Both the position numbers and the translations under genes were made by a program. The notes beneath the pieces were generated by a model. The model worked only from the letters and a program-made list of their open reading frames with translations, did not search any database and was not told where the DNA came from. From contig JAQFVV010000001.1 of the NCBI GenBank assembly GCA_028023455.1, positions 17,484,001-17,548,000 on the forward strand: 64,000 bases of DNA, in the 5' to 3' direction. The stretch comes from Epiperipatus broadwayi. Lineage: Eukaryota > Animalia > Onychophora. Below, piece by piece: positions 21,989 through 35,200 of this stretch (the first letter of the stretch is position 1; every line of letters starts with the position of its first letter).

Positions 21989-24900
21989 CGTATTTGAGTC
22001 TCATTTCAGGAAAGAAGTATTGTGTCAACCATAAATCACATAAATTTGCTATCAGATTTTTAATATATATGATATTATTTAATCTATTGCTTAAAAAATG
22101 AAATGGTTATAATTTTTGCAATATATATAAATGTATTATTATATTATTTTTTATGTTAAAGAAATATCCATTTAAATTTTAAAAATGTTAAATTTTTCAT
22201 TCTGTAATGTTTGAAAAGCATTGTCTATTTATGTTTGTTAATATTGAAATTTTCATACCTGCATAAAATAATAATAACTAATATCTGTTAAAATAGAAAA
22301 GTTAATTTAAAACATATTTTAAAATGTTAAATAAAAACAATTGAAGCTTGTACTAATTTAAAAAGCATTAAACAAAACCAATGAAGCATATAAAAAGTCA
22401 CGTGATATTCTTGTTGATAAACATAAGTTAGTTCAAGGAATAAAAATCATCACCGATATAATTAATTCGCATAAATAAGTATGAATAAAGTCAATAACTA
22501 ATTATTAGACAATAACTTTAATGCTTATGCATTAAGGATTTTTTTTAAATTCTGAGTTTTATGAAGAAAATTTCTATAATCATCAAGATATAGATAATAA
22601 TAGCCGGGGAAAATGTTTTTAATACTAGTCTTATAGTAGACTTACTACTTATTAAAACATTTATTACTTTTGTAGCACTTTTCAGATACAAAATTAATAA
22701 CAATGACAAATTGAGTTTGATAAGGTCCTAAATTTAGTTGTTCAATAATAAATTTAATTATTTTGCTTTTTTTTCAACTATTGAAAAAGTTGAATTATTT
22801 ATTTTTAAGGCATTTAAAAATATATTTGCAATGAAATTTCAAATTAAAAAAACCAACATGCATTTTGTGCATTTATCAGAATTGTGTTCTTAAGTTGATG
22901 GAATTGTGTTTTCAATATATATTGATGCATATATAAACATTATTTGTTTTGTGAAGCAATTTGACCACAAGTTTAAATTATAAATATTACTGATCATTAA
23001 GTTAATGTCGTTAGCAACATCTTTAATCTATATTTTTTATTATTATTTATGATATAAAAAAGTATATGAGCTTGATTAACACTATTATTAACAAAAAATA
23101 AATGCACTATTTTGAAAAACGTTTTTTGTATTTGTTGATTCTCCAAGCACCATATTGGAATTTAAAAAAAAAAACTGATCTGAGACACAATTTTCACAAA
23201 ACCTTCAATTTAGCAATATTAGAGGGAAAAACTTTACATTGATAGAAACTAGAAAAATTAAGAAAAACAATAAGCCCAAGCCAAATAGTGATTACCATTT
23301 AAAAAAAAAAAAGAAAAAAAAATCCAACATAATTATTACTTTATTGTTTGTTCATAATTTCTGATTTATCATTAACTAAGTTTAAATTACATCTTCAGTG
23401 ATAATTACTTTGTATTCCTCACAGAATTATATTTCAAACCATATATAATACTTCTTACATGAGATAATAGATAGCTTCAGAACTTATGGTAGTAGGAAGA
23501 TAAAGAATTTTTCATTTTTTTTTTTGCACCCCAGAAGTTGAAAAATCTCAAGGTATCTGGAAGAAAAAAATGTGCTCCTCAATAAATGATAAAAAAAATT
23601 TCTATCAGAATGTAAAGGAAGTGGGAATATTATTACTTATCACTATAAATACAATAAAAAAGTAAAATGTCATATAATTTGAAGTTCTAAATAAAATCAT
23701 CATGGTATATATATATATGTACTTTTTAAAATTGGTGCATAGGTATGCATTGTGTAAGTTCTTCTGCTAATAGTTATGAAAACTCAATAGCCTGATGATA
23801 CACAAGATGCATTACAAATTTGAGTTCATAATTTTTCATTATTTGCTGAAAACTATTTTGATTTTAGACTCTGGACAAGACAACCTTGATCATAACATCA
23901 CCACACTGAATAATCATTGCAATACAGAAAACAATTTACAAATTTAGAATATGAAAAAATTTCTCATTTTAAGAGCCATCACCAGAATTAGAGACAATAA
24001 CCAGCCAGAACACCAGAAAATAGTACAATCGGAGTATTGTCAAAATAAACTGCAAGACAAAAAAAACCTAAAGCAATCTATTAGAATATGATATGATAAA
24101 TTGATTTATTTCATTTAGAGAGGAAGAAACGTTGTGACTGATTCTTGTTCATTCTTAAAAAAATAAGCTCTTCATTTGGCTTTTCATTGGAAAATGTATA
24201 TAAACAAACAAACCAATGAAAATAATTGATGAATTAGCATATTCTCCTTTATGGTCCATTTCTTTTATTCTTTAGAAGGAAATAGGCCCTTTCTGAGCTC
24301 TTTCTTGACTTGTTGGATGTGACTGTATAAAAGTTTCAAGATTGGTGCATAGCTTAAAAAGAAAATATGTGTCTATCATATCTTTCGTACTGATGTATAT
24401 GTTGTGAAAGAATTCAATAATTATTATGTGAAATTATTCATCATTTTGGGTAGTGCTTAATAAAAATGCTTAAAATACTAATGCGGGTTTACGTTCCCTA
24501 TATATAACAAAGTGCCTTTGGATAAACAATTTAACATATACATAAATGTATACTATCTATCTATACATGTAAATACCATTCATATTGACTGACATAAGTA
24601 TAATATATTCACTTCTTTAATCGTCCGATGTAAATACATTCATGAATGAATAGCGCATCATATATATATATATATATTATTTGCAAAAATTAAGCTTACA
24701 GTATTTCATAAATTGTATTAATTTTAAAATCTAATCTTTGTTAACATCACGACCACTAATATAGCTAATCTTCCAAACAATAGCTTTCTTGTGCCTTTAA
24801 AGATTTTGAGACAAATTAATTGATTGTCCTTTTTAATACTAAAGCTTCCTTGGTATTCTTGTTTTTAATCATATTATAAATTTGAAAACTTAATCAAAGT

Positions 24901-25589
24901 TGATTAACACCTCCTCCGGTATAAGGATGTGATTACTAGAAGATTCAGAAGGAAATCCTGTAGTTTATTCAAAAATATAGCAATTATTGTTGGAAGCTGA
25001 AGGCTACAATAAATTAAAATTTTAGTTAAATCTTCTATGTTAAAAATAAAAAATGGCAATTATTTGATTTGCATTTAAAAAGAGCAGAAGAAAAGTCTAC
25101 ATTAGAATAATAAAACTCAAAATCTAGAAATAGTTGGAATAAATGTAAAATAAAAAGTCTTTTATCTAAAATTATTTTCTTTTGTATTCGTTATTTATAA
25201 TTTTATGCATATGCTTTTTTTTTAAAAAAAAAAAAAAAATCTTCAATGCATTATTATTTGGATAATGAATAATCTTAATTTTTTTTTTAAAAAAAAAAAC
25301 CACTTTTGACTTTATATACACATTTTTTGATTTTTATTATTTTATTTAATTGTTTATGTGAATTTATGTGCATGCATTCACACACTTGAACAATTTAAGT
25401 GTATTCTATATATTATAATTTATTACAGATATTAATTTTATATTAAAAATTATTGATATTAATACAATATTTCATTTAATTTAACTTTAGCTTTTCATCT
25501 AATTAAAATAATTGTATTTAGTAATTTTGATTGTAAGTTTTAAAAATTAAAACGAAAATAAAGAAATAGAGGAGGAGAAATTATGATAA

Positions 25590-25885
25590 TTATTAAATAT
25601 ATGATGCCCCACCTACCATTCAAGAATTATTGTCAAAATTCAAAGGAAATGAATATTTATCATAATAGATCTGACTGCCAGTCATTGGCAAATTTATTTA
25701 AATCTTCATCTCATGACCAAAAATTCACAGCTTTTAAATATGGTAGACAATCATATGTATTCCAATAAATGCCCCTTGGATTGAACAATAGCAGGCAAGA
25801 TTGATCTGTTGTCTTGATAGGATCTTGAACTGATAAGATTAAAAACCTAGTCATTATGTACATGGATGATATTGTCATTCATTGC
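25590..25885 (+). pseudogene. Isolated Ty3/Gypsy RT fragment
   Basis: Across frameshifts: YDAPPTIQELLSKFKGNEYLS / IDLTASHWQI / DQKFTAFKYGRQSYVFQ*MPLGLNNS / YMDDIVI. Confidence 0.85.
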
Positions 25886-27519
25886 ACTGAGAAATAAAAA
25901 TAAATAAATAGATAACAGCTTTTAAGCAAATATTTATGCACACACATGCATTTATGCTTTAGATATTATACATACATGCCTTAAAATAATACATTTTAAA
26001 CGTGTGTGTATAAATGTTTACTTTTAATAACCGCTAAAAATAATTATTTTAAAAAGTTATGTAAGAAAAATGGTGTGTTAATGTTTTTAGTTGAAGATTT
26101 AGTTGTTTTTAGAACAAATTGGTTTGATAAGAAACTTCATTGTCAAAGTCCATGGTGCATACAATTTAAAATTAATAACAGATAAACTAGTGCCATTTTA
26201 TTTATCTGTGAAAGATGATTATTTTCATCAATAAGTTTATATAAGAATTATTAAAAATTAGAACATCAAAATTTATTTAATTTATTTCTATATACTATAT
26301 AAAGTCTAAACAATTTCCATTCAAACACAATATATGCTTTCTGATTAATCCACATATTTTAAAAGTTCTATGATCCAACCAAATATTATTAAAGAACCGA
26401 TTTCATTGGAGAAAGAATAATTTTCAGTGTGATTGTATAAAATTATATATAATGTGTAACAGACAAAACTAGAGGATTAACATTAGTAGATTTCTTTGAT
26501 TCTGGATATTGCTTTTATATTTTCCTTTCATGTTTAAGAGTATACTTTTAAAGTTATAGACACAAAATAGCCTATGAAATGAAGAAAAACTCATCTTAGA
26601 ATATCTTTTAATTTCATGATGTAAATAAATTTTTTTTATTTATTTGTTATGGATTTGTATTTTACTGTTATTTTAAAATTAAATCTAAATATACCAACTT
26701 CTGTATTAACTAGATTGTTAATATCAATAAATCAAAAAGTTTAAGCTTGTAAAATTGTCAAATGTCATTAAAAATTTGATTGACTTAATAAATAATTATT
26801 AACATATATTTTTGTCTAAGGTTTGAAGATCTTTCTTGTCATATTTCTATGAAAGAAAAAAAAATAAAGCTAAGTAAAAATGATTTAATCTTTTATATTT
26901 ATTTGCTTGCTTAGGTATAAAATATTGATTTGGTTAATTTTATATATCTTTTTATTTTGTTTTCAGTAGTTTATCATTATCAATGAATAAAAATGACTAA
27001 TGGGTAAGAAATATTAATTATAACAATTTTTTGAAGATATCCTAATTTTTAGATTGTGAACAAATGTATTCATGTTAAGAATGTTTTTGCAAAAAAGCTA
27101 TAGCAAACTATCTAATTAAAATAAATCATTTATCTTGTAGTATTTTTTTTTTTTTAAGTTTCTCTTGTAGTATATTATTAATGGCAAAATCTTTAGAATT
27201 AGTTGGAATGAGTGAAATTTAATATTTTGCTTGTACTACACTATGTTTGAATGTATTGTAATTGATAAAAATAGTAGCAAGTACTGACTTCTTTAATGAA
27301 TTTTTATCTTTGCTTTCTTATATTTGTTTAACTTGGAGAAATACTGAATTTAGTAATTCAGTGTTAAAAGTTCATAATTTAGGAATGTGGTTATATTTTT
27401 CTTCTTAACGAATTGAAACCAGTGGAATGGGATAAAGCTTCTCTTTGTTAAAAAGTTAGCTAAATTTGTCAGGTATTTTGCTGTGAATTGACTTAAATAT
27501 CTGTGACCAATACAAGATA

Positions 27520-28850
27520 TTCTATGTTTCCCTGAATGACAAGTGATTAAAGGTAGACTTGAACCTTATATTTTGCCATTACTGTCAAAAACTCAGTTTG
27601 CAAAGAAAATCTCATCAACTGGGCAGGCAGAATTTTTATATAAGACAGTAATTGATAAAGTCAGAAACAACAAAAAATACGGTCTAATTGTAGTTCAGCT
27701 AGACATTAAATTAGCATTCAGTGTGATATAAATTGATATTTTAATTAATGCATTAGCAGATACATTAATACCCAGAGCATTAATGCACTTGATTATGAAT
27801 ATTCTTCTAAGTTGAGAAATTCAAACAATTCTTAGTGGAAAGTACACTTCCTCATTCATCCCATTTAGTTTGATTCCATAGGTTCACCATTAAGTGCTCT
27901 TTTATTCATTTTTTATATTGATCCTATTTTTAAAGCAACTGAAAATAAGATGACTGAAATATTTATACCTGGAATGAAGGCAAATATTTCATATATTGCA
28001 TACATGGATGGTATATCTTTCTGCCAACTAAAAAAAATAGATATCAAAACTAATAAAAATTCTAAATAATTACTCAGACAAATATAAACCAGAATTCAAT
28101 TTAGAAAAATCTAGGGTGTAGTCTATGTACTTGAGATGTCAACATCAGAATTACTTCAAAGGAAAGCCTAGCTTATTTGTGGAATTTCCTTTTCATTTGA
28201 ATGGATCACAGATACAGAGAAAATTAATGAATAAAAAGTTGAGAATATAATTAATTCTTTTTCCAAGTCATATTTATCACTCTATGCCAAAGTGTCCCTT
28301 TTTAATCTCCTAATATTGATACAGGTCACATCATATACATCTATAATAATATACACAAAAGCTTTTACACCTAAAATTTACTAAATTTGTAAGAAATTGT
28401 TGTGGGAAAGAAAACGGCATCAATATTCCTAAATAAGATTCTATGCCTTCTATCTCAAAGTGAATTGGGTTTACATTCTATAAAAATTATCCAAATTTAA
28501 AAAAAAACCACTTAAATCTTATATTGTAATGTGTGAGGATATTTTCATATCTAGAAATAGTTTTAAAATTATATTTACAGACAGGCCATCACCCATATGC
28601 AGTTACTGGAATAAGTTAATTTCTTCTTTATTACAAACTTCCAATTTAATATATTGCCTTCCCAAGAATAAATTTAAATACTGGAACATATATTCAATCT
28701 GCAATTACTTCATCTAATGAAAATAACAATCTCCATTTAAATGTAATCAATAAGCAGTTGAGTAAAAAATTCAAATACTGGTCATTAGAACCAAAATTCT
28801 ATGATTTTCTCTTAAAATGTAATCTTGAAACACTTCCCACCCTTTATTTC
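27520..28850 (+). pseudogene. Degraded non-LTR (LINE) reverse transcriptase
   Basis: LLSKTQF, VVQLDIKLAF (D..KAFD-like), GSPLSALLFIFYIDP, IAYMDG (YADD-like); 3' extent approximate. Confidence 0.75.
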
Positions 28851-29868
28851 TACAGATATAAAACATTAACAATGAAGACACATGCAAACTATGTCAGAGA
28901 AAATCAGAAACACAATCATATTTTCTATTCATATATATCACATTTAATAATATCTGGTGGGATAACCCCAAGATATTTAAAAATAAAAATGCAACATACA
29001 TACACTTCTCAATACATTTTAAAAAGGTACATATGCACACATTTGAGCCAGCACATTTATATTATTTTCATTACTGTGTACTAGATATACATTTATGCAC
29101 AATTCAAACACAAAAGGTCACTCTAATATATTTAAGAACAAAATAGATAATATATAATTAATGAATAAAAACTTTTTACCAATTAACATTTATTCAGACA
29201 CATTGTCACTACTGTGATTTTGCTTGAATTTATGACATGACTCATTATTATAAAATGATAACTAGATAAGTAAAAGCAAAAAAGAGATTAATACAAAGAT
29301 AAACATAGAAAGATGTAAATTCTATGCAGCAGTCAGAAAATGCTAAGCTGCTTTCAAGATTATATTCTTTTTTTCTGCTGCACATAGATTTGTAATTTTT
29401 TCCATCTTTAGCATGAAATAAAAATACAAGCATGTATGCAAACCACATGTCTTCCTTTGGTTAAAATGCCAAAGTCTTTCTTATTCTATCTTATGTATAT
29501 AATACTAAGTACTGTTTTGCAAATTTATAGTGTATTTTATTGTTCTCAATACTTTTTGGTGAGATAGTCATAATAAATCAGAATTTGTTATAACACAACC
29601 ATTTTTTTCTTTAAAATAGTGACTTGAAATATTTTTTTAACAATGGAGGTATTTTATTGTATGTACTTTTGAATTATTTGAATTTGCTTGGTATTTAGAT
29701 TTTATTATGTTATATATTTTGGATGTTGGACAATCTTTTAAAACCCCATTTACTGTTTGCTAGAGATGTTTTTATTTTGATATATTGGTAATCATAAAAA
29801 TCCAGTACATATTATTAATATCAGTTATTAGAGATTACTATTGTATCTTAATTTAAAATATTTGTCAA

Positions 29869-29945
29869 GTGTTGGTGGTCGAGAGTAGTTGTCCTGGGTT
29901 AGTGGGTTCACATCCCGGCCGATGCTATGAGACATGAAAAAAAAA
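29869..29945 (+). mobile_element. tRNA-Gly(TCC)-derived SINE (family A), internally deleted copy
   Basis: gtgttggtggtcgag...gggttcacatcccggccgatgct followed by atgagacatg(A)n. Confidence 0.7.
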
Positions 29946-30639
29946 TATTTATGATGGGGACCCATACACATATATTTTGCGTTTATATCTCTATGCAAAT
30001 TCTTTTACACACATATTTTAGCAAAGAAAAATAAGGGTTAAACTTTTTAAATCTTCCTTTTTTTTATGTGAGGTTTGAGATATAAATAGATTTTGGAATA
30101 CAAATTGAAATGCTAGTCATTTTTTATTAGCTATAATAAATATCAGAAAATATTATATTTTTACTATACCTTAAACTTGAAATTAATCTTATTAATTTTC
30201 TTTACTCTAGGCATTAATGGTGAATTTTAAAAAAGTATTGTAAAAAAAAAAAAAAAAACCTCTGAAGATTCGTTAGATATATTTCGTAGTGTAAAATTAT
30301 TTATACTGAATTTGAAATTATAGTTTTATATACTATTAATAAAAGAATATATTTTTCAACATTATTTTTGTCGCGAACTTGATGAATTTAATTATTTTGA
30401 TATCTTTGCTTCTCAATGTATCTCTCTTTTTTTGAGTAATTATTAATAAAAATGGATAGTAATGTTATCATATATTGAGTAACTTTATCTCTGGGCTTTA
30501 TTTTCATTATTTTTATGAGAAGTATTATCCATTACACTATACTAATAATTATATAGTGTGGATACATTTTTAGATAAAGTATACTTTTTACACATTACAA
30601 TATATTATAAATATTTATTTCTAAGTAAAACAATTAATT

Positions 30640-31275
30640 TCAGTTGTATTTATATATTGGACTATTTCCATCATTTAATATAAGTATTGAATAGTGAAAT
30701 TAGCAATTAAGCCAATGCACATGCACTTTAAAGATTTTTAATTATAAATGAATGCTCTCACTTCTCCAGACACAAGATATAGTCATTTGAAAAGATGGAA
30801 TAAATCCACCCATCCTTTCGACCCAAACATTTATGCATGAGCTCTCATTTCCATATGCTTAAGATTTGCCCATATATAAATGTTTGGGTCAAAAGGATGA
30901 GTGGATTCATTCCATCTTTTCAAAAAGACTATATCTTGTGTCTGGAAAAGTGAGAGTATTTATTTATAATTAAAAATCTTTAAAGTGCATTGGCTTAATC
31001 GCTAATTTCACCATTACAGTATAAAACATAGTGCTATATAAAATATCTTATTATATAAGTATTGAATGTAAAATTTAACTTTATTTAAATATTCCATATA
31101 TATTTAAAGCACACAGGTTAGTATATGCATACCATCTTGAGAGGTATTAGTCTCCCCTCTTCTTCATGAATTGTTGGCCTGAACAGTAACAGTACTAGCA
31201 TGGGAATTGAACCTGGGTCCATATATTATTGAATATTAAATTTTAAGGTAATACTCTAACCAACTGGAATGTGGA
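30640..31275 (-). mobile_element. tRNA-derived SINE (family B), interrupted by a fold-back element
   Basis: Minus strand cagttggttagagtattaccttaaaatt...ccaggttcaattccc; body matches 53150-53425 and 54531-54810. Confidence 0.65.
30694..31011. repeat. Fold-back / MITE-like inverted repeat
   Basis: Arms ~30694-30834 and ~30876-31011, ~40-bp spacer, several mismatches. Confidence 0.85.
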
Positions 31276-32060
31276 GCTGAGATCTGTCTTTACTGTGATT
31301 ATTGGTGGCCCATCTGTGATGGAAGATGACACTTTGACACTCTGGACATTGCAATGTATCTGTAAGTTAACCTACTAGTATGAAACAATCTTGGGATTGA
31401 CTATTTGAAAATTTTGAGTGTCAGAAAATGATGATGATAAGGAAATATAACCTGTGTTGCAGTTAACAAATAGAAGGGATGTAAAGGAAATATACATTTC
31501 TTAATCATCATCATTAATGTTAAATGTGACCATTTAACAATTATAATAAATAAGCAGTTGTGATAAACATTAGTAAATCATTGGAAACATATAGCACATT
31601 ATCAGTTAGTTATATAGCAGTTCTGTAGCAATATAAAATATTTTATAATAAACTCTTTTATTTAATTTTGCACTAAAAAGCCAAAAATATTATTTTATTC
31701 AACCACAATCGACATTTTAAGTTTAACTTGAAATAAATGTTAAGGGTATCCATAAATTAATTAATTCAATCACTAGTTGTAAAAATTAATAATTGAATTA
31801 ATTAATTTATGAACACTTTACAATTTTATTTAAAAAATCCAATTATAGTTGAAGAAAATAATTATGTTTTGCTTATTTAGTGCACAGTAAATTATAGTAT
31901 TTATAATAAATAATATATTGTAGCCATGATATATTGCTGCATTAAAAATAAATAGATATTTGGCAGCATACCCATTAAGATTAATTTAGAATTAGTTAAT
32001 TAATTTAAGGGGAAATAATATTTAATTTTTCCACATATTCATTGGATTATATGGTGTCAA

Positions 32061-32160
32061 GCATTGGTGGCCAAGAGGTTAGTGCAGCTGCTTTCCAGGC
32101 AGTTGTAAAGCAGTTGTCCATGTTCATGTCCGGCCGATGGCTTGACATATGAGAAAAAAA
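32061..32160 (+). mobile_element. tRNA-Gly(TCC)-derived SINE (family A)
   Basis: gcattggtggccaagaggttagtgcagctgctttccaggcagttg...ccggccgatgg aligns to tRNA-Gly(TCC); duplicated gcagttg; A-rich tail. Confidence 0.8.
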
Positions 32161-32250
32161 GAATCTAAGGTTCCAGGATTGATTCCTGTGCTAGTACTGT
32201 CACTGATCTTAAATACAACTAAATTACCATCATCACAAACTTTCAGGAAA
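32158..32250 (+). mobile_element. Partial SINE family B fused after the family A tail
   Basis: gaatctaaggttccaggattgattcctgtgctagtactgtcactg matches ~54578-54620. Confidence 0.65.
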
Positions 32251-35200
32251 ACAATTAATTTCATTATTTCTTACTTTATATTTCTTAATAAATAAAGGCT
32301 CATATATTTTTAAAACTAGATTTAAGACTTTAAGATATTTTACTGACCAGATGGCATCAATTTAATAAAGACTGTCTTCACAATTAACCCAAGAGTGACC
32401 ACACTTTATAAAATGCATATATTTATTTCTGTCTCTATACTTCCAATTTGATAAAACACTATCATCACTGAATAATGTTTTTTTTTTGGTAAATTTAATA
32501 AGATAAATGTGAGAATTGTTTATACTTTTAAATTAAGGTAAGTAGTTAATATTACTAAGCCAATATATGAATAGATTATGCATAAAGATGGTATTCTTCC
32601 ATTTGAAATATAGGATATTTTCAGTTTTTATGTATGTAAAGTATTTATATCTGTTTTATTATTCTTATATAATCTAGGATATTAAAGTTGTACTTACACT
32701 TGATTAACTTAAACCAAGAAAGGTGCCAAGAATATTTGGCATATTTTCAGAATTTCTAAAAAATTTAGGACCTAAAGCCAAAAGCATGGTTAGAAAAATT
32801 ATTCACCAACATTATTTTTACAGAAAGTTTTCTAGAAATTTGGCATAAAAGCAAAATAAAAATATAAAAGTCTTAGAAATTAGTAAATCCAACAATGATT
32901 CTAAAAATTATTACACATCATTATTTTGCATTTTTTACAAGCTACTTGAAAAAGTATATTAACAAGAATTTTTCCAATCTTTAAGAGCTATTGACCAACA
33001 TAACCTCTTGCTTTAAGATTAGAAGAAACTGTTGTGAATATGTTTTATCTTTAGAAACTCACACTGACTGGGGAGGGGGGGGTAAAAATGAGCAGGTTTT
33101 ATATTTATTGATCTAAATTCAACATATGATTTCTCTGGAAAAATAATTTTTTCTTAAAGTTTCTAAATTCTTTAATGCAGAAAAATCGTCAATAACTTTA
33201 CCAAATGCATTCCAATCAAAAAAAATCAAATGAAAGTAAATAAATGATAGTTGTGTAAAAAAAAGTTATAGAATCAGTTACAACACACATTTCAGCTTTT
33301 TTATATACTTCATTGAATATATAAATCAGTGCACTTCTAGATAAAGAATATAGGAAATTCATTTATAGTAATGACATTGTTTTGATTACATAAAAAAATG
33401 TTCTTTTACAGCAATAGAAATATCTCTTAATTAGTATAGAAATTGTTGGAAACCTTTTTCTAAATGTTGGAATCTTATTCTTAATTTAAGGAAGGCAGTA
33501 TACTCAACTTTTGATTTAAACAAAATAGAAACATTTTGTAGTTTGGATATAATTTTTTGAAACAATAGATTGAAACACTGTTCTACTTCATAATATTTAG
33601 GAGTAATCTTGAATATTCCTAACTTATTTTTCTCCTTTATTTAAAGTTTAATCTGAAATAATTTCTAAGAATACATTTTTTAGCAAAGTGGCCAGCATTA
33701 TTAGGGATTGTGATAAAAAAAACCTTTGTGGACACTTTCTTTAGTACTAACATATTTTACTGGTATATATTGTTTCCCCATTTAGAGACTCAACTAAATA
33801 TTCAAATCAATATCTTCTTTCTGAATGTTTATCCAAGAATCTACAATAATAAAATCAAGGCATAAAATGAACTTCTTATGAAAATCCAATAGTAAATCTG
33901 ACTGGATTTGATCTTCTTGGTCTTTACTAGAGTACCATAAACAGATTTAGTACAACCTATGGCCAATGTTATTATCTGCTTATAAATAAAATTTAACTGC
34001 AACTAACCTATGCAGAAACTACACAAATCAAGACCCATATATTTAATATTAGCTGTCAAATTTATAGCTAAAGTGGCAGAATTGAAGCACTTACTAAGGT
34101 CAATGGAGTTTTTATCCCTTAGCCAGAATATTTACAGATTTCTTTAATAATATGTTTGTTATTAATTAAAATATCTTTTAAAAAACCATAACTAATTAAC
34201 TAACTAAATAAAAGAGATTCTAGTTTTGGTTTAAAGATAGGTCAAAATATTATTACTACATGATATGATTTTAGTTTACAATGCCACTTTTTATTCAGTA
34301 CTCTGCTTGATTATATTATAACTGAAATTTATCTTAAAAACACATGGAATCCCATTAAATTATTAATATTTATATATCCCCATGCATATACATAAAGAAC
34401 ACATAATATACATACACATAACTAAAAAGTAGGAACTCGTGTTAAAGCAGTACACATCCTGTTGCCATATCTAGAATTCGGATCTAATCTATGTTAAACA
34501 GTTAACTGTTTTTCTTTTTCAGATCAATAACAAGTAAGTATAGGATTTTATGTTACAGTTAGATGTAACAAATCCAGTCTACCTTACTATCTAGTAGATA
34601 GTTGATAAATGTTTAGCCAGTTACTATAAGCTAGAAAATAAAGCTTCCACGACAATCGGAATTGATCAGATTAATGTTGACGTTCTGAATGTAAAAGTAA
34701 AAACTATAACTACATATAGCAACTTCACAGCAGGTGAGGAAATGATTTTATACTTTTATGGGCATTGATTCGTAGTTATCTTCCTTATAAAAGTACAAAA
34801 ATGCTGGAGGAAACCATGTTATTATTAAGAAACTTTTTGACTTCAGTAAACTTACTTTTACATATATAATATAAAGAATTTACCTAGAAAAAAATAGCTC
34901 ATTATATGAGTTATTAAGGATATGTTTTTTTCTCATTAAGTTTTAAAAAATAAATCATAATAGTTAAAAAACGAAGCTGAATTACCAGTTTCATTTTATT
35001 AAAAATATATTTTACTTCAAAACAAGTATTACAATTGACTTCAAATCTTTCATTAAATAGATTAAAAGTCAATAGAAGGCTTAGATTTTTGTCCAATGAA
35101 GTTAATGGAAAAATACAGCTATACATGATTTCTAAAGCAGTATTTTTGGACAATTAAATTTTACGTTTTATCCATTTTTCAGACATTTTATAAAAATCTC

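Noticed and set aside
32061-32140. Functional tRNA-Gly gene (also 29869, 60849)
   Set aside because: Disrupted anticodon and T arms, insertion in the variable loop, SINE-like tail.
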